A stretch of DNA of 53,710 nt, from positions 1 to 53,710 of the forward strand of contig JAIRTP010000068.1 of the NCBI GenBank assembly GCA_031254805.1. The letters are read 5' to 3'. The position numbers were made by a program, and so were the translations under genes. Under the pieces are notes generated by a model. That model saw nothing but the letters and a program-made list of their open reading frames with translations, made no database searches and had not been told where the DNA came from. Shown here piece after piece: positions 26,930 through 37,990 of this stretch. How positions within the stretch are numbered: position 1 is the first letter of the stretch; every line of letters starts with the position of its first letter. The DNA is from Bacteroidales bacterium. GTDB lineage: Bacteria > Bacteroidota > Bacteroidia > Bacteroidales > WRLA01.

Positions 26930-27139
26930 TTACATGCTATAATAGAACGGCGCATTATCCTTAATTTCGGCGGGAATAACCTTATTTAGAATTATTTGCT
27001 TGAATATTTCTTTATCTCTTTGAGCGTTGTTGATATGCCTCTCCAAGTCATTGCATATTTTCTTTGCATTAGCTTTTTGATCATGATATTTGACCAAAAG
27101 CAAAATCGTTAATCCTAAAGCGAGCGATAGATATTGCAT
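26930..27139 (-). CDS. hypothetical small membrane-anchored protein (69 aa)
   Basis: ATG 6 nt after the PNGase stop; N-terminal hydrophobic helix; fills an operon gap. Confidence 0.55.
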   Translation of the reverse strand: MQYLSLALGLTILLLVKYHDQKANAKKICNDLERHINNAQRDKEIFKQIILNKVIPAEIKDNAPFYYSM

Positions 27140-27145
27140 ATTCGA

Positions 27146-28819
27146 CTATTTATAGATCAATGTTCCCGAAACGCTCCAATGGCTTTTACTGTTTCCTTCA
27201 GGAGCGCCTTGCGGAATAGCAATTTTCAAAATGTGCGTTCCTTTTGTCAATTTCGGCATCGGCGCATAAACAGGGTTGGTAATTGTTCCCGGACACCAGC
27301 CCGAACGGCTCAAATCGGAAGAGGACAATCCGTTTCTGAAATTTCCCGAGGCAGGATTGAGCGATCGATAAGTCGCGCAATCTTCACGCCATGGAATATA
27401 TTGTAGAATCGATTCATTATCAGAAAATATGCTGTTGATTTTTTGATTGAATTCATCGCCGCCTTCCCAGCCGCCATGTCCGGTGCTCAAGTAGCAAAGC
27501 ATCGATTCGTTGATCCCTTCCGGAAGGGTATAGGAAAATTGAAAAGCGTCATTGTCAAAAAGTTCCGGCATCTCTTGCCATTGCATTTCTAAGACGTTCA
27601 TCGCAAAAAACAACGGAATGGCCTTATATGTTCCTCCTTTTCCTTCGGGATAATATTTCAAATTGAGCGTAACCCGATGCGCCTCTTTCGTCCAATTTCC
27701 GATGCAAACACCGATCCACGCTTCCTTTTCCAAATATTGGGAAACATGCGTAACTTCTTGCTTAAACGTTACAGAATCATTCCATTGCAAATCTCCATAA
27801 GAAAGATACCCGTAACCGTGCGCGCCGAACGACGTGAAAAAACGCATCAATTCGATAGGCGGGTTATAATCCTCAGTAGCTACAATTCCCGAAAATTTTA
27901 CTCCGTTTTCAGTCAAAACAACCGAAGGAAGCGTATCGAGCCCGTGAATAAAAGCTTCCAAAAACGTTCTTTTTTTATCGACAGGTATCAGAAAAATGCT
28001 ACCGGTACGATCGTACGCATCTTTCTCTGCATGATGAATCAGTTCCAAAAAGATATTGTAGTCTTTTGCGCTTTCGGGGAGTTGTACTTTTTTTAATAAA
28101 ACGGCTCCATTTCCGACACGATATACCTTATCTTCATCAAAACCGACAGGTTTTTCAATATCAGGATTGAACTCTATGATTTCATTATCAAAGATGTTGA
28201 TTGAAATTACGCCTGTTTCATTTAATGTTTTAGCATAATACTTACCTTCGATAATTTTACCCCAATCATTCGGTAATAAATCGACTGTTTCTTTTTCATG
28301 GGATATTCTCACGGCTTCTTCGATACGATTTCCATTGATGTCAATTTTTAAAACGACGCCATTCGGAATACCGTAACGCGGCTGAATGGTTCCTCTAAAA
28401 TCCACTTCTTCCGTATACCATATATTAATATGGTTGGAATTGACGACAAGATGTCCGTTTTTACATAAAAATCCTTGAATTTTTGCCGTTGTATCTCTAA
28501 CTTCCCAATTTATGCCTTCTTTTATTTCGAACTCCGTCGTATAACGTTCTCCGGTATAAACTAACGCGGTTTGATACCATTTGTCATTATTAAAATCAAG
28601 ATAAATCGTTTCTTGCGGCGCATTTTCATAAGGAGCGTCGCCGATAGTTTCAATTTTTACGACATTATTGCTGATAATCATTAATTTATAACGGGAAACA
28701 TCCGTATTTCCGTGATAGCTGCTTTGAAATTGAATTTTTACCGTTCCTTGTTGCTTTTTTGCAAAAGTAAAATTGCAAGCTAAAAGCGTTATAAGAAACA
28801 GAATAAAGATTTTTTTCAT
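27146..28819 (-). CDS. peptide-N-glycosidase F-related protein (PNGase F-II type, GLPGLI-like N-terminal domain)
   Basis: Signal peptide; DAYDRTGSIF, ELMRFFTSFG, TGHGGWEGGDEF, PWREDCATYR..NPASGNF, SRSGWCPG. Confidence 0.88.
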   Translation of the reverse strand: MKKIFILFLITLLACNFTFAKKQQGTVKIQFQSSYHGNTDVSRYKLMIISNNVVKIETIGDAPYENAPQETIYLDFNNDKWYQTALVYTGERYTTEFEIKEGINWEVRDTTAKIQGFLCKNGHLVVNSNHINIWYTEEVDFRGTIQPRYGIPNGVVLKIDINGNRIEEAVRISHEKETVDLLPNDWGKIIEGKYYAKTLNETGVISINIFDNEIIEFNPDIEKPVGFDEDKVYRVGNGAVLLKKVQLPESAKDYNIFLELIHHAEKDAYDRTGSIFLIPVDKKRTFLEAFIHGLDTLPSVVLTENGVKFSGIVATEDYNPPIELMRFFTSFGAHGYGYLSYGDLQWNDSVTFKQEVTHVSQYLEKEAWIGVCIGNWTKEAHRVTLNLKYYPEGKGGTYKAIPLFFAMNVLEMQWQEMPELFDNDAFQFSYTLPEGINESMLCYLSTGHGGWEGGDEFNQKINSIFSDNESILQYIPWREDCATYRSLNPASGNFRNGLSSSDLSRSGWCPGTITNPVYAPMPKLTKGTHILKIAIPQGAPEGNSKSHWSVSGTLIYK

Positions 28820-28978
28820 GAAGTATGATTTTTTTCTGCAAAAATATACATTTTTATTAAGCTGTAAAACAGGGAAAAATCTTTGAAATCGGATTCAAGG
28901 AGGTGCAATTATCAGTTATAGGTTTGAAAATATCTTACCTTTGCATAGATTATTGGATTTACATGACAGTTTCAATTT

Positions 28979-29260
28979 ATGGACGAAGAAAGCATTAAGA
29001 ATCTCATTGGCAAAGCGCTTCAAGAGAATAACTTGAATAAAGGATTGAACGATGCCAAAATTATAGAAGCATGGAATAAACTCGTTGATCCTAAGGTCAA
29101 ACAACAGATAGATAAGATATTTGTCCGGAATGGAAAACTTTATGTGGATGTTTCTAACGCCGCTTTACGTCAGGACCTGCTTTTTCAAAGAACTAAACTT
29201 TGCAACATTATTAATAAAATATTGAAAGAGGACCTTTTAAAAGAGATCGTGTTGAAATAA
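28979..29260 (+). CDS. DUF721/DciA-like protein
   Basis: IIEAWNKLV..IFVRNGKLYVDVSNAALRQDL..INKIL..EIVLK; TACCTTTG at 28936-28943. Confidence 0.8.
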   Translation: MDEESIKNLIGKALQENNLNKGLNDAKIIEAWNKLVDPKVKQQIDKIFVRNGKLYVDVSNAALRQDLLFQRTKLCNIINKILKEDLLKEIVLK

Positions 29261-29343
29261 TGTAAGTTTTTCTGAAAAATCCTTTATTTGTTTTGATAAG
29301 TCGCTTATACTTCTATGGCGTTTTTAAATAAGAAATGTTCTTA

Positions 29344-29814
29344 TCAAACAAAAGGAAACGGTAGAAGATTCTCTATTCCCGTCATGACAATGCTCTTTCC
29401 CGAAGCGGCGCTTAAAATATATTTTATGGGAGTTGTTTGGCGATTTTCATATTCAGCAAGAACCTGACGGCAAGATCCGCATGGAAATGGCGGCGATTTG
29501 ATAGCGGAATCTTTGGCGATGGCAGTGATGGCGACCGCTTTGATCTCTTCTTTCGGATAATTGGCCGAAGCGGCAAAAATGGCGACGCGTTCGGCGCATA
29601 ATCCGCTCGGATAAGCGACATTTTCTTGATTATTTCCTAAAATGATAGCGCCGTTTTTTAATAAAATAGCTGCTCCTACGTGATATTTAGAGTAAGGAGC
29701 GTAAGCGTTCTTCGCCGCTTCATGCGCTTTCTCTATCAGCATACGTTCTTGCGGCGGTAATTCGGATAGCGTTTCGTATTCTTGGTAAACGATTTGAATC
29801 TCTTCTTTTTTCAT
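29344..29814 (-). CDS. cdd: cytidine deaminase
   Basis: AYAPYSKYHVGAA, NQENVAYPSGLCAER, PCGSCRQ. Confidence 0.95.
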   Translation of the reverse strand: MKKEEIQIVYQEYETLSELPPQERMLIEKAHEAAKNAYAPYSKYHVGAAILLKNGAIILGNNQENVAYPSGLCAERVAIFAASANYPKEEIKAVAITAIAKDSAIKSPPFPCGSCRQVLAEYENRQTTPIKYILSAASGKSIVMTGIENLLPFPFV

Positions 29815-29832
29815 TCGACAATATTATGGCGT

Positions 29833-31083
29833 TTAATATTTCAGATATTCTGAATTCCAATTCAATATTTTGAAAAAATCAAATTCTTCCGGATTTGGAA
29901 GATATTTCTTCGCCGCTATATAATCGGTTTCGATCAAATATTGCTGATTTGTACTATATACCATTTTGGTTTTATTTTGCTCCATGTCAACTAAACGAGG
30001 CAATATTTTTCCGTCGACCGTCACATCTTCCAAAAATAGCGGCGAGATATTTCCTACAGAATCGACGGTAACCATACAGCCTGTTTTTCCTGCGTCGAAA
30101 AGCTGTTTTACGCCCATTCCCAACATGCTGCAATACATTTTGTCGTAGGCTGACGGAGCGGCGCATCGGACATGATAACCGATCTCGACGGGACGACTTT
30201 TGATCGGAATATTTAATTCCTCGATTTTCTTCATCAGGATCACGTTGAAAACATGCGCTTTGCTGATGATTCCCAATTCGGGATGCCCATGAGCGTCATA
30301 TTCGAAATGAATTCCCGTGTTGATAATGTCCTCGTCCGACAGAAAGTGCAACACTCCTTCGCTCAACATGACAGCTCCATAATCAATGCCAAGAATTTTT
30401 CTTTTTATCATAGAAGAAATCATCAAACGGATGATTTTATCAACGGTAATCTGGGTTTTGTTAAACATTTCAGGAATGATGATCATCGGAATATGACAAG
30501 CCGCTCCGACGGCAAAAGCCAAATGCCCCGCTTCGCGCCCCATGACGGAGATCAAGAACCAGTTGACGGAAGTGCGCGCATCTTCGTAAATGGTTGTCGT
30601 CAATTTACAAGCTTCTTCTTTTGCCGATACAAATCCGAAAGTATATTGATCCGGAGGCAATGGCAAATCATTATCTATGGTTTTCGGGACGTGAATATTT
30701 TGAATATTTATATGATGTTTTCTTAAAAAAGCGGTCAATCTGTTGGCAGTTGAAGCAGTATCGTCGCCGCCTATTGTTACCAAAAGTTTTACGTTATTTT
30801 CAACAAAGAAATCCGTTGAAAATTCTTCATCTTTAGGCTTATAACGGCTCATTTGAAGGTAAGAACCTCCGGTTTTAAAAATGTTATCTGCTTTGGCGAA
30901 GAATATCTCTTTAGTCCGGCGTTTACTGTCCAAAAGTCCGGAAAATCCTCTGTGGATACCTAAAACGCGATATCCGTCGCGTAAGAAAGATTTGGCAACA
31001 GAGCCGATCACGGTATTGATACCGGGCGCAGGGCCGCCTCCGCAAAGAATAGCGACAGTCTTTTTTTGCTTGATTTCGCTCAT
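29833..31083 (-). CDS. pfp: 6-phosphofructokinase, probably PPi-dependent
   Basis: GGGPAPGIN, GGDDT and PKTIDND (the Asp/Lys signature of PPi-PFK), MGR. Confidence 0.85.
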   Translation of the reverse strand: MSEIKQKKTVAILCGGGPAPGINTVIGSVAKSFLRDGYRVLGIHRGFSGLLDSKRRTKEIFFAKADNIFKTGGSYLQMSRYKPKDEEFSTDFFVENNVKLLVTIGGDDTASTANRLTAFLRKHHINIQNIHVPKTIDNDLPLPPDQYTFGFVSAKEEACKLTTTIYEDARTSVNWFLISVMGREAGHLAFAVGAACHIPMIIIPEMFNKTQITVDKIIRLMISSMIKRKILGIDYGAVMLSEGVLHFLSDEDIINTGIHFEYDAHGHPELGIISKAHVFNVILMKKIEELNIPIKSRPVEIGYHVRCAAPSAYDKMYCSMLGMGVKQLFDAGKTGCMVTVDSVGNISPLFLEDVTVDGKILPRLVDMEQNKTKMVYSTNQQYLIETDYIAAKKYLPNPEEFDFFKILNWNSEYLKY

Positions 31084-31124
31084 ATTTTTATATAAAATTT
31101 TGTAATCGGAATCATCATGGATTT

Positions 31125-32609
31125 CTACAACTCCTTACGAAGCCTTGACGGGGGAATATTTAATTGTTCCCGATATTTGGCGACGGTACGGCGCGCAACG
31201 CCATAGCCTTTCTCTTTGAGCAATGTTAAGAGCTTATCGTCGGTCAATGGAGCCGATTTATCTTCTTCATCGACTAATTTTTTCAAAGCTTGCTTGATCT
31301 CTTTGGTAGAGATTTCTTCGCCTTCATCGTTTTGGAATGATTCCGAAAATAGATTTTTCAACAGAAATGTTTCAAAGGGCGTTTGTACATATTTAGAACT
31401 TACCACGCGGGAAATAGTACTGACATCCATATTGAGCGCTTCGGCAATATCTTTCAGGATCATGGGATGCAATCTGCTTTCATCACCCGTCGTAAAATAC
31501 TCTTTTTGATATTGTGCAATGGTTGTCATGACCGATAACAACGTGTTTTGACGTTGTCTGATGGCGTCGATAAACCAGCGGGCGGCATCGATACGATTGC
31601 GGACAAATTGCGCCGCTTCTTTATTCTGATTATTGTTGGACTTTGAATCTTCATTTTTAGAGTATAATTCCAACATTTCTTGATAATCTTTGCTGATATA
31701 AAGTTCTGGCGTGTTATGGCTATTCAGTTGGACGTCTAGCGTATCGCCGATCACATTGACCGTAAAATCGGGAATAATACTTTGCGAAGCGGTATAAGAG
31801 TCGACGCTATAGTCGCCGGGTTTTGGGTTGAGTTTCAGTATTTCGGCAATTACTTCTTTCAACTCTTGCTCGTTCATGCCTGTGCGTTGAAGAATACGTT
31901 CGTAATGTTTTTTCGAAAATTCGTTGAAATATTTATCAATGACCACTGTCGCTTTTTCGATAGTCGGCGTAGGCGTTTTTCTATGAAGTTGCAACAATAA
32001 GCACTCTCTCAGATCGCGCGCGCTGATTCCGGCGGGATCAAAATCTTGAATAACATGCAAAATTTCGGCGACATGATGTTCGGAAACATGGATGTTCTTC
32101 ATAAACGAGAGATCGTCGACAATAGATTCAATGTCGCGCGCTAAATAACCGGCGTCGTCGATATTGCCGATGATTTGCAGCGCTATTTGAAAATCGGTTT
32201 CATTGAGATCGCGTAAGCTCAATTGCTCTAAAAGATATTCATGGAACGATTTTCCGGAAGCCATAGGGATTTCTTTTGATTCTTCATAAGAATGATTATT
32301 GGAATAGAGTCGATAATCGGGAATATCGTCTTCGTCCATATAATCTTCCATTGAAAATTCATTATCGCTATCTATCCCTCTTTCTTGTTCTTTTTCGTCG
32401 TTGTTATTAAAATCTTCTTCAGGCGCATGGTCTTGTTGATAATTATCATTCTCGTCGTCATTCATTTCCAGCGCTGGATTATTCTCAATTTCCTCCTTTA
32501 TCCGTTGTTCTAACGACATAGCGGGAACTTGCATCAGCTTCATCAACATGATCTGTTGCGGAGAAAGCTTTTGTTGTAAACGTTGCTGTAATGTGAGTTT
32601 TTGCGACAT
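31125..32609 (-). CDS. rpoN: RNA polymerase sigma-54 factor
   Basis: Gln-rich region I, STISRV, RpoN box ARRTVAKYRE. Confidence 0.97.
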   Translation of the reverse strand: MSQKLTLQQRLQQKLSPQQIMLMKLMQVPAMSLEQRIKEEIENNPALEMNDDENDNYQQDHAPEEDFNNNDEKEQERGIDSDNEFSMEDYMDEDDIPDYRLYSNNHSYEESKEIPMASGKSFHEYLLEQLSLRDLNETDFQIALQIIGNIDDAGYLARDIESIVDDLSFMKNIHVSEHHVAEILHVIQDFDPAGISARDLRECLLLQLHRKTPTPTIEKATVVIDKYFNEFSKKHYERILQRTGMNEQELKEVIAEILKLNPKPGDYSVDSYTASQSIIPDFTVNVIGDTLDVQLNSHNTPELYISKDYQEMLELYSKNEDSKSNNNQNKEAAQFVRNRIDAARWFIDAIRQRQNTLLSVMTTIAQYQKEYFTTGDESRLHPMILKDIAEALNMDVSTISRVVSSKYVQTPFETFLLKNLFSESFQNDEGEEISTKEIKQALKKLVDEEDKSAPLTDDKLLTLLKEKGYGVARRTVAKYREQLNIPPSRLRKEL

Positions 32610-32677
32610 AATCTTTTACTTACTCTCAATAATAATAACGGCTTCTTTTATAATTTGTTTTTATGAATACAAATAAA

Positions 32678-34066
32678 TTAAAATTCCACATTCATCGGAG
32701 TACGCGGAAACGGGATCACATCGCGGATATTTCCCATTCCCGTTACGAACAAGAGCAACCTTTCAAAACCTAATCCGAATCCGCTGTGAGGTGCGGAACC
32801 AAAGCGACGGGTATCAAGATACCACCACATCTCTTCCGGTTCAATTCCGACCTCATGCATGCGGGCTACTAATTTATCATAATCTTCTTCTCGTTGCGAA
32901 CCGCCGATAATCTCACCGATGCGAGGAAACAGTACGTCCATAGCGCGAACGGTCTTGCCGTCGTCGTTACTTTTCATATAAAAAGCTTTGATCTCTTTAG
33001 GATAATCGATCAGGACGACAGGCGTTTTGAAATGTTCTTCTACCAAATAACGTTCATGTTCGGCTTGCAAATCGACTCCCCATGAGACGGGAAATTCCCA
33101 TTTCTTGTCGGCTTTTTCTAAGATTTCGACGGCTTCGGTATAGGTCAAACGTTTGAAGTTATTAGAAATGACAAATTGTAAACGTTCTATCAATTCTTTA
33201 TCGAACATATCGTTCAAGAATTTCAAATCATCCATGCAATTGTCCAAGGCGTAATTAACGCAGAATTTAAGAAAATTTTCCGCTAAATCCATATTGTCGT
33301 TAATATCGTAGAACGCCATTTCGGGTTCTATCATCCAAAACTCTGCTAAATGTCGCGGCGTATTGGAATTTTCAGCACGAAAAGTGGGGCCGAAAGTGTA
33401 TATTTCAGATAACGCCATTGCGCCGAGTTCTCCTTCCAATTGTCCTGAAACAGTCAAACTGGTCATTTTTCCAAAAAAGTCTTCCGTATAATTGATCGCG
33501 CCTGTTTCGGTTTTCGGCAAATTATCTAAAGGTAATGTCGTTACTTGAAACATGGCTCCGGCTCCTTCGGCGTCGGACGCCGTGATGATCGGCGTATGTA
33601 GATAATAAAATCCTCTGTCATTGAAATATTTGTGAATAGCGTATGCCATAGCGTGACGAATGCGAAAAACTGCGCCGAAAGTATTAGTTCGCGGACGTAA
33701 ATGAGCAATAGAACGTAGGAATTCCAGAGAATGTCCTTTTTTCTGTAAAGGATAGCTGTTAGGATCAGCCGTGCCGTAAATCTCTATTTCATTTGCTTGC
33801 ACTTCGACATTTTGTCCTTTGCCCATGGATGACACTAAAGTTCCGGTTATGGAAATACCTGCTCCCGTAGTTGCCAATTTTAATGTTTCTTCGTCAAAGT
33901 TGGGAACGTCGACCACAACCTGTATGTTATGAATAGTAGAACCGTCGTTAACAGCTAAAAAGGCGACATTTTTGTTTTCACGTTTAGTGCGAACCCATCC
34001 TTTTATGTTAATGAGTTTTCCAATCTCTTTCGAAGCCAACGCGTCGACAATTTTTGTGCGTTTCAT
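32678..34066 (-). CDS. asnS: asparagine--tRNA ligase
   Basis: [41 protein letters not shown]. Confidence 0.98.
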   Translation of the reverse strand: MKRTKIVDALASKEIGKLINIKGWVRTKRENKNVAFLAVNDGSTIHNIQVVVDVPNFDEETLKLATTGAGISITGTLVSSMGKGQNVEVQANEIEIYGTADPNSYPLQKKGHSLEFLRSIAHLRPRTNTFGAVFRIRHAMAYAIHKYFNDRGFYYLHTPIITASDAEGAGAMFQVTTLPLDNLPKTETGAINYTEDFFGKMTSLTVSGQLEGELGAMALSEIYTFGPTFRAENSNTPRHLAEFWMIEPEMAFYDINDNMDLAENFLKFCVNYALDNCMDDLKFLNDMFDKELIERLQFVISNNFKRLTYTEAVEILEKADKKWEFPVSWGVDLQAEHERYLVEEHFKTPVVLIDYPKEIKAFYMKSNDDGKTVRAMDVLFPRIGEIIGGSQREEDYDKLVARMHEVGIEPEEMWWYLDTRRFGSAPHSGFGLGFERLLLFVTGMGNIRDVIPFPRTPMNVEF

Positions 34067-34217
34067 CTTTGTTTTATGTTTAAGTAATAAAATAATGATT
34101 TCTAAAGTTTTATGATTAAAGCTTTAGGGTGCGCTAAGGTACGAAAAAAAATAATTAAGAATAGCGGAAATAAGCAGTAGTAAAATCTATATATTTATTG
34201 CATTAATCGGAATATAT

Positions 34218-34281
34218 CAAGGCAAACGTACGAAAATATTAACTTTACAAGATGAAAACGATACAATTTGGTTTTAAACCC
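34218..34281 (+). repeat. isolated ISAs1-like left end, homologous to 67-131
   Basis: Ungapped alignment of 34219-34282 to 68-131 gives about 53/64 identities (GAAAATAxTAACTxTACAAGATGAAAACGA core). Confidence 0.75.
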
Positions 34282-34401
34282 CTAACTCTGCATAAATTTA
34301 CCCTGTCTATCAAAAAAATAATTCTACAAGCGAAAATCATTTTTTTACCTTTTACAGTTACCTAATTAGATTGTCTGTAATTATTTTTTAAAATGCAAAA
34401 T

Positions 34402-35010
34402 ATGAAATCGCCAGAATGGCTAAATCAATTCAGAGAACCCCCGTACTGAAATTGAGAAAATCAGCGGAAAGCGCTACAAATACGAAATAAAGTATGAATG
34501 CAGCAAAGAGAAAAAAAAATAAAGAAAGCAGGACATTTATTGGGAAAAATAACAGAAAATAAAGGCTTTCAGCCGTCGGAAAAGAATGAACTCAAGCGGC
34601 AGTATGGGCATATTCCAACTGTTAACCTAAAAAAGTTTGGTTTGTATTTTCTGTATTCAACACTGATTGATAGAGAAATAGCGACACTTAAAACAAGTTT
34701 CGTTCTCAATGATGAGGTTCGGATATCAAACTCCGATAAAAAGAGCGAACAGCTATCATTCACATGATTTTATTTCGGAAGAATTGTTTTCCCACGCTTT
34801 TATCGATCAATGTATAACAAACACATTGAGAACAATAGGCGAAAGGCGTGAAACAGTTGCCGCATAGATGAAAGGTCTTCTTAAAGCATTGCCCGAAGAA
34901 GGGAAAAATTTTGTAATGATGGATTCGGCACATATTCCAAGCCTCCCGAAAATCCGAATGTTCCGTCGGATACAATCCCGACGGAACATTCGATAAACAG
35001 ATACGATTTC
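34402..35010 (+). pseudogene. IS1634-like (IS4 superfamily) transposase remnant
   Basis: Frame-joined MKSPEWLNQFREP-RTEIEKISGKRYKYE..KKAGHLLGKITENKGFQPSEK..TLRTIGERRE..*..FVMMDSAHI..GYNPDGTFDKQI; several frameshifts and stops; C-terminal half missing. Confidence 0.7.
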
Positions 35011-35124
35011 AAATCAACTATTTCATCCCTGTTACATATGCTGTAACAATTGGCTTAAAAAATAGCTTTTGATACGCCCTCTTTTTATAATTCAGAGACT
35101 TTCTCAATTTTAAAAAGATAAGGA

Positions 35125-36207
35125 CTAAGGAATCGAAATGGTTGCCGACACCGGAAAATGATCCGAATAAGGGATATGGTAAATTTCAAATTGAGAACTT
35201 TTAAAAGATTGGCTAAACAAAACATAATCGATGCGAATAGGCGGAGTCAAATCGCTATTATAGGTATTTCCCATTCCTTTTCCCGAAACAATAAAAGCAT
35301 CTTTTAAATCTTCCTTGATACGATGATACGCAAAAGAGGTAGGCGTATCGTTAAAATCTCCGCAAACGACAACCGGATATGGCGTGTTTTTAATCTCCAA
35401 TGCAACAAGACGGGCTTGTTGAGAACGCAGACGATACGACTCTGCCAATTTATCATATAATTTTTTATATTCTCCCCGATTTTGCAATTCAAGCGTTCCC
35501 ATTACAAAGTCAATGTCGCTTTTTACAATCCTTGTCGATTGCAGATGTAAATTGAAAATTCTAATCGTATCGTTTTGAATAACGATATCCGTATACATCC
35601 CGATCCTTCGTTTTCCAAGTTGAATGGCATTACGCGCGACAATAGGATATTTCGATAAAGTCAAAAGACATAAAGCGGCATTTTGAGAATGATCGGAGAA
35701 ATAGCGTTGATAATGAAAGTTAGCGGCTCCGACAGATTCTCTGAATCGCGTTATGAATTGTTCCGTTTCGTCTTCTTTTACACCTCTAAACTCCTGCAAA
35801 CAAATGATATCAGGAGATTCTCTTGAAATAAAAGAGGCAATAGTATCAGATAACGCTTTTCCCTTAACAGTTTGATTATTTCCACGCAATCCTTGACAAT
35901 TATATGATAATATCTTAACGCCCTCAGCCGTTTCTTCATGTTTTCCCGCTAATCTGACATGTTGCGCAATATCATAAAATTGAAGCGCTAAAAATAAAAT
36001 TCCAAGAATTGCAAATTTCGGCTTCAAAATAAGTAAGACAATTACAAAAAAGGCATTAATAAAATAAATCCAAGGGAAAACAAGCCCCGCAAAAGCAGGA
36101 AAAACAAGCCGATCGGGCGGAATGAACGGCGCTAAAAATGCCATGAGAAGCAGAAAAAGAGCCAGAAGCTGAATAATAAGGACGATAATAGCTAAAAATT
36201 TTCTCAT
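35125..36207 (-). CDS. membrane-anchored endonuclease/exonuclease/phosphatase family protein
   Basis: N-terminal TMs, ILSYN, DIICLQE, HLQS, GDFNDTP, RIDYV, SDHFPV. Confidence 0.92.
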   Translation of the reverse strand: MRKFLAIIVLIIQLLALFLLLMAFLAPFIPPDRLVFPAFAGLVFPWIYFINAFFVIVLLILKPKFAILGILFLALQFYDIAQHVRLAGKHEETAEGVKILSYNCQGLRGNNQTVKGKALSDTIASFISRESPDIICLQEFRGVKEDETEQFITRFRESVGAANFHYQRYFSDHSQNAALCLLTLSKYPIVARNAIQLGKRRIGMYTDIVIQNDTIRIFNLHLQSTRIVKSDIDFVMGTLELQNRGEYKKLYDKLAESYRLRSQQARLVALEIKNTPYPVVVCGDFNDTPTSFAYHRIKEDLKDAFIVSGKGMGNTYNSDLTPPIRIDYVLFSQSFKSSQFEIYHIPYSDHFPVSATISIP

Positions 36208-36268
36208 AGTATATATATAATTTTCTTTGTCAAATTGCCTGCATTAAAACATTTACTCATCATTCCCA

Positions 36269-37288
36269 TCATTTTTCATCCGGTAAAAACGCATCCAACT
36301 TCTCTTGTTCTTCAATACGTTTATTCAAGATAGTCCGATAGTTTTCATGTCTCTTTCGCTTATGAAGCCTGTCCGCCTCATTTACAAAATCCAATGCCTG
36401 TTCAAAATTACCGTTCAATTCCTCATAAACGGCTTTATTATAAAACGCCGAAGCTGCCCTGGATTTCCATCTCTTTTCTTTACTAACGCCGTCCCATAAA
36501 TAAACTGCGCGATCCCAATCATGCCGTAAAGCGGCGTTAGCGGCGTTAATCATGATTTGATTGTTAAACGGCGATACCAATATTTCCCTTTGCTCCGTTT
36601 TCCAAGTAGGGAAAAGAGATGTTGCAAATTTTTCGCCCGCTTGATAAGCAATGTAGTTCAACAGTTCGCCTCTTGTATTTTCTATATTTAAAAAAGCAAG
36701 ATAATCCATCTCTCCTTCCGAAGTCCAATAGATATTGTCGGTAAATCTTTTGATCGTGATGAAAGAGTTATCCTCTACGTTAAAAAACCGTATGATAGCC
36801 GATACCATGGCCATTGTATACGCATATCCGGCATAATATGTTGAAATATAGTTTGTTGTTTCCATAATTGAAATATCGTCGATAACCATTAAAACATCTG
36901 CGTCTCGATCTTTAAAATGAGAAATCATTTCAACTCCGCTTAATTGCCGTTGCGCCGTTTCTACAGCCGGAAAAACAGTATCGGCGACAGAATAAAAAAA
37001 TTGAGAATCGCCAAGAATCGATAACAATCCATCTTTGAATGCCGAGACCAGTTCTTCTTTTCGGCAAGTACTGTCATAAACTTTGACGTCATAGAAAAAG
37101 TAATATCCTCCGCAATTTTCTTCGGACGGCAACAAAAGATTTTGAGCCGTCGCAACTCCCGGCATTTTTTTTAATAAAGTATCTTGCGGCACTTTTAATA
37201 CCTCTATATTAAAATGTCTCGAAGAGACGCACCCTGAAAAATACAATAATGTCGACAGCAAGAAAATATAATACTTTTTCAAGTTCAT
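36269..37288 (-). CDS. lipoprotein with C-terminal TPR-like helices (DUF6340-like)
   Basis: Lipobox FSGC; PTWKTEQR; AFYNKAVYEELNGNFEQAL TPR-like repeat. Confidence 0.65.
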   Translation of the reverse strand: MNLKKYYIFLLSTLLYFSGCVSSRHFNIEVLKVPQDTLLKKMPGVATAQNLLLPSEENCGGYYFFYDVKVYDSTCRKEELVSAFKDGLLSILGDSQFFYSVADTVFPAVETAQRQLSGVEMISHFKDRDADVLMVIDDISIMETTNYISTYYAGYAYTMAMVSAIIRFFNVEDNSFITIKRFTDNIYWTSEGEMDYLAFLNIENTRGELLNYIAYQAGEKFATSLFPTWKTEQREILVSPFNNQIMINAANAALRHDWDRAVYLWDGVSKEKRWKSRAASAFYNKAVYEELNGNFEQALDFVNEADRLHKRKRHENYRTILNKRIEEQEKLDAFLPDEK

Positions 37289-37331
37289 ACCGAAAATTAT
37301 TAGCGAGGCAAAGGTAGATAATTTCAGGGAT

Positions 37332-37365
37332 AAAAAAGAAGCCGGATAGTATTTTATCCGGCTTC
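37332..37365 (-). terminator. intrinsic terminator after rplS
   Basis: GAAGCCGGATA/TATCCGGCTTC 11-bp stem followed by T6 on the minus strand. Confidence 0.8.
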
Positions 37366-37386
37366 GATTTATTCATAAAACGAATA

Positions 37387-37740
37387 TTATTTTCTTTTTT
37401 CGCGGATTCTTGCTTTCTTACCGCGCAATCCTCTGAGGTAGAATATACGAGCTCTGCGAACAACGCCGCGTTTATTAATGTCGATACTATCAATGAAAGG
37501 AGAAGCAATCGGAAAAATTCTCTCTACTGCGGTATTTCCTGATACTTTACGAACGGTAAAAGTTTCCGTAGCAGAATTGCCCGCGCGTTGCAAAACAACG
37601 CCCTGAAAACTTTGTGTACGTTCTTTGTTTCCTTCAACTATTTTGTATTTTACAGTAACTGTATCGCCAGCTTTAAATGATGGAAATTCTTTTCTTTCTA
37701 CCTGACTTTCAACAAATTTTATTAATTCCGGCTTACCCAT
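37387..37740 (-). CDS. rplS: 50S ribosomal protein L19
   Basis: FKAGDTV, EGNKERTQ.FQG, TFTVRK, VRRARIFYLR; TATCTTTG at 37776-37783. Confidence 0.98.
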   Translation of the reverse strand: MGKPELIKFVESQVERKEFPSFKAGDTVTVKYKIVEGNKERTQSFQGVVLQRAGNSATETFTVRKVSGNTAVERIFPIASPFIDSIDINKRGVVRRARIFYLRGLRGKKARIREKRK

Positions 37741-37990
37741 TTTATTATGTTTTTATTTTGTTCAAAAAGTGGCTGCAAAGATAAGCGTTTTTTTCATTTA
37801 GCGAAAAGATTTTTCTATTTTTTTTCATAAAAGCATGAGATTATATTATTCATTGTTAATCAATATAATACACAATGCAATTCATGAATTATTCAATAAA
37901 AGATTTCAAAGATAATTATTAAAAAACTACGTTTGTTGAAAAAAAGCGTCTTACGTTGAGCAAAATTATTGTAACTTCGTAACCGAAATT

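Noticed and set aside
34498-34989. Short ORFs on both strands
   Set aside because: They are fragments or antisense shadows of the IS1634-like pseudogene.
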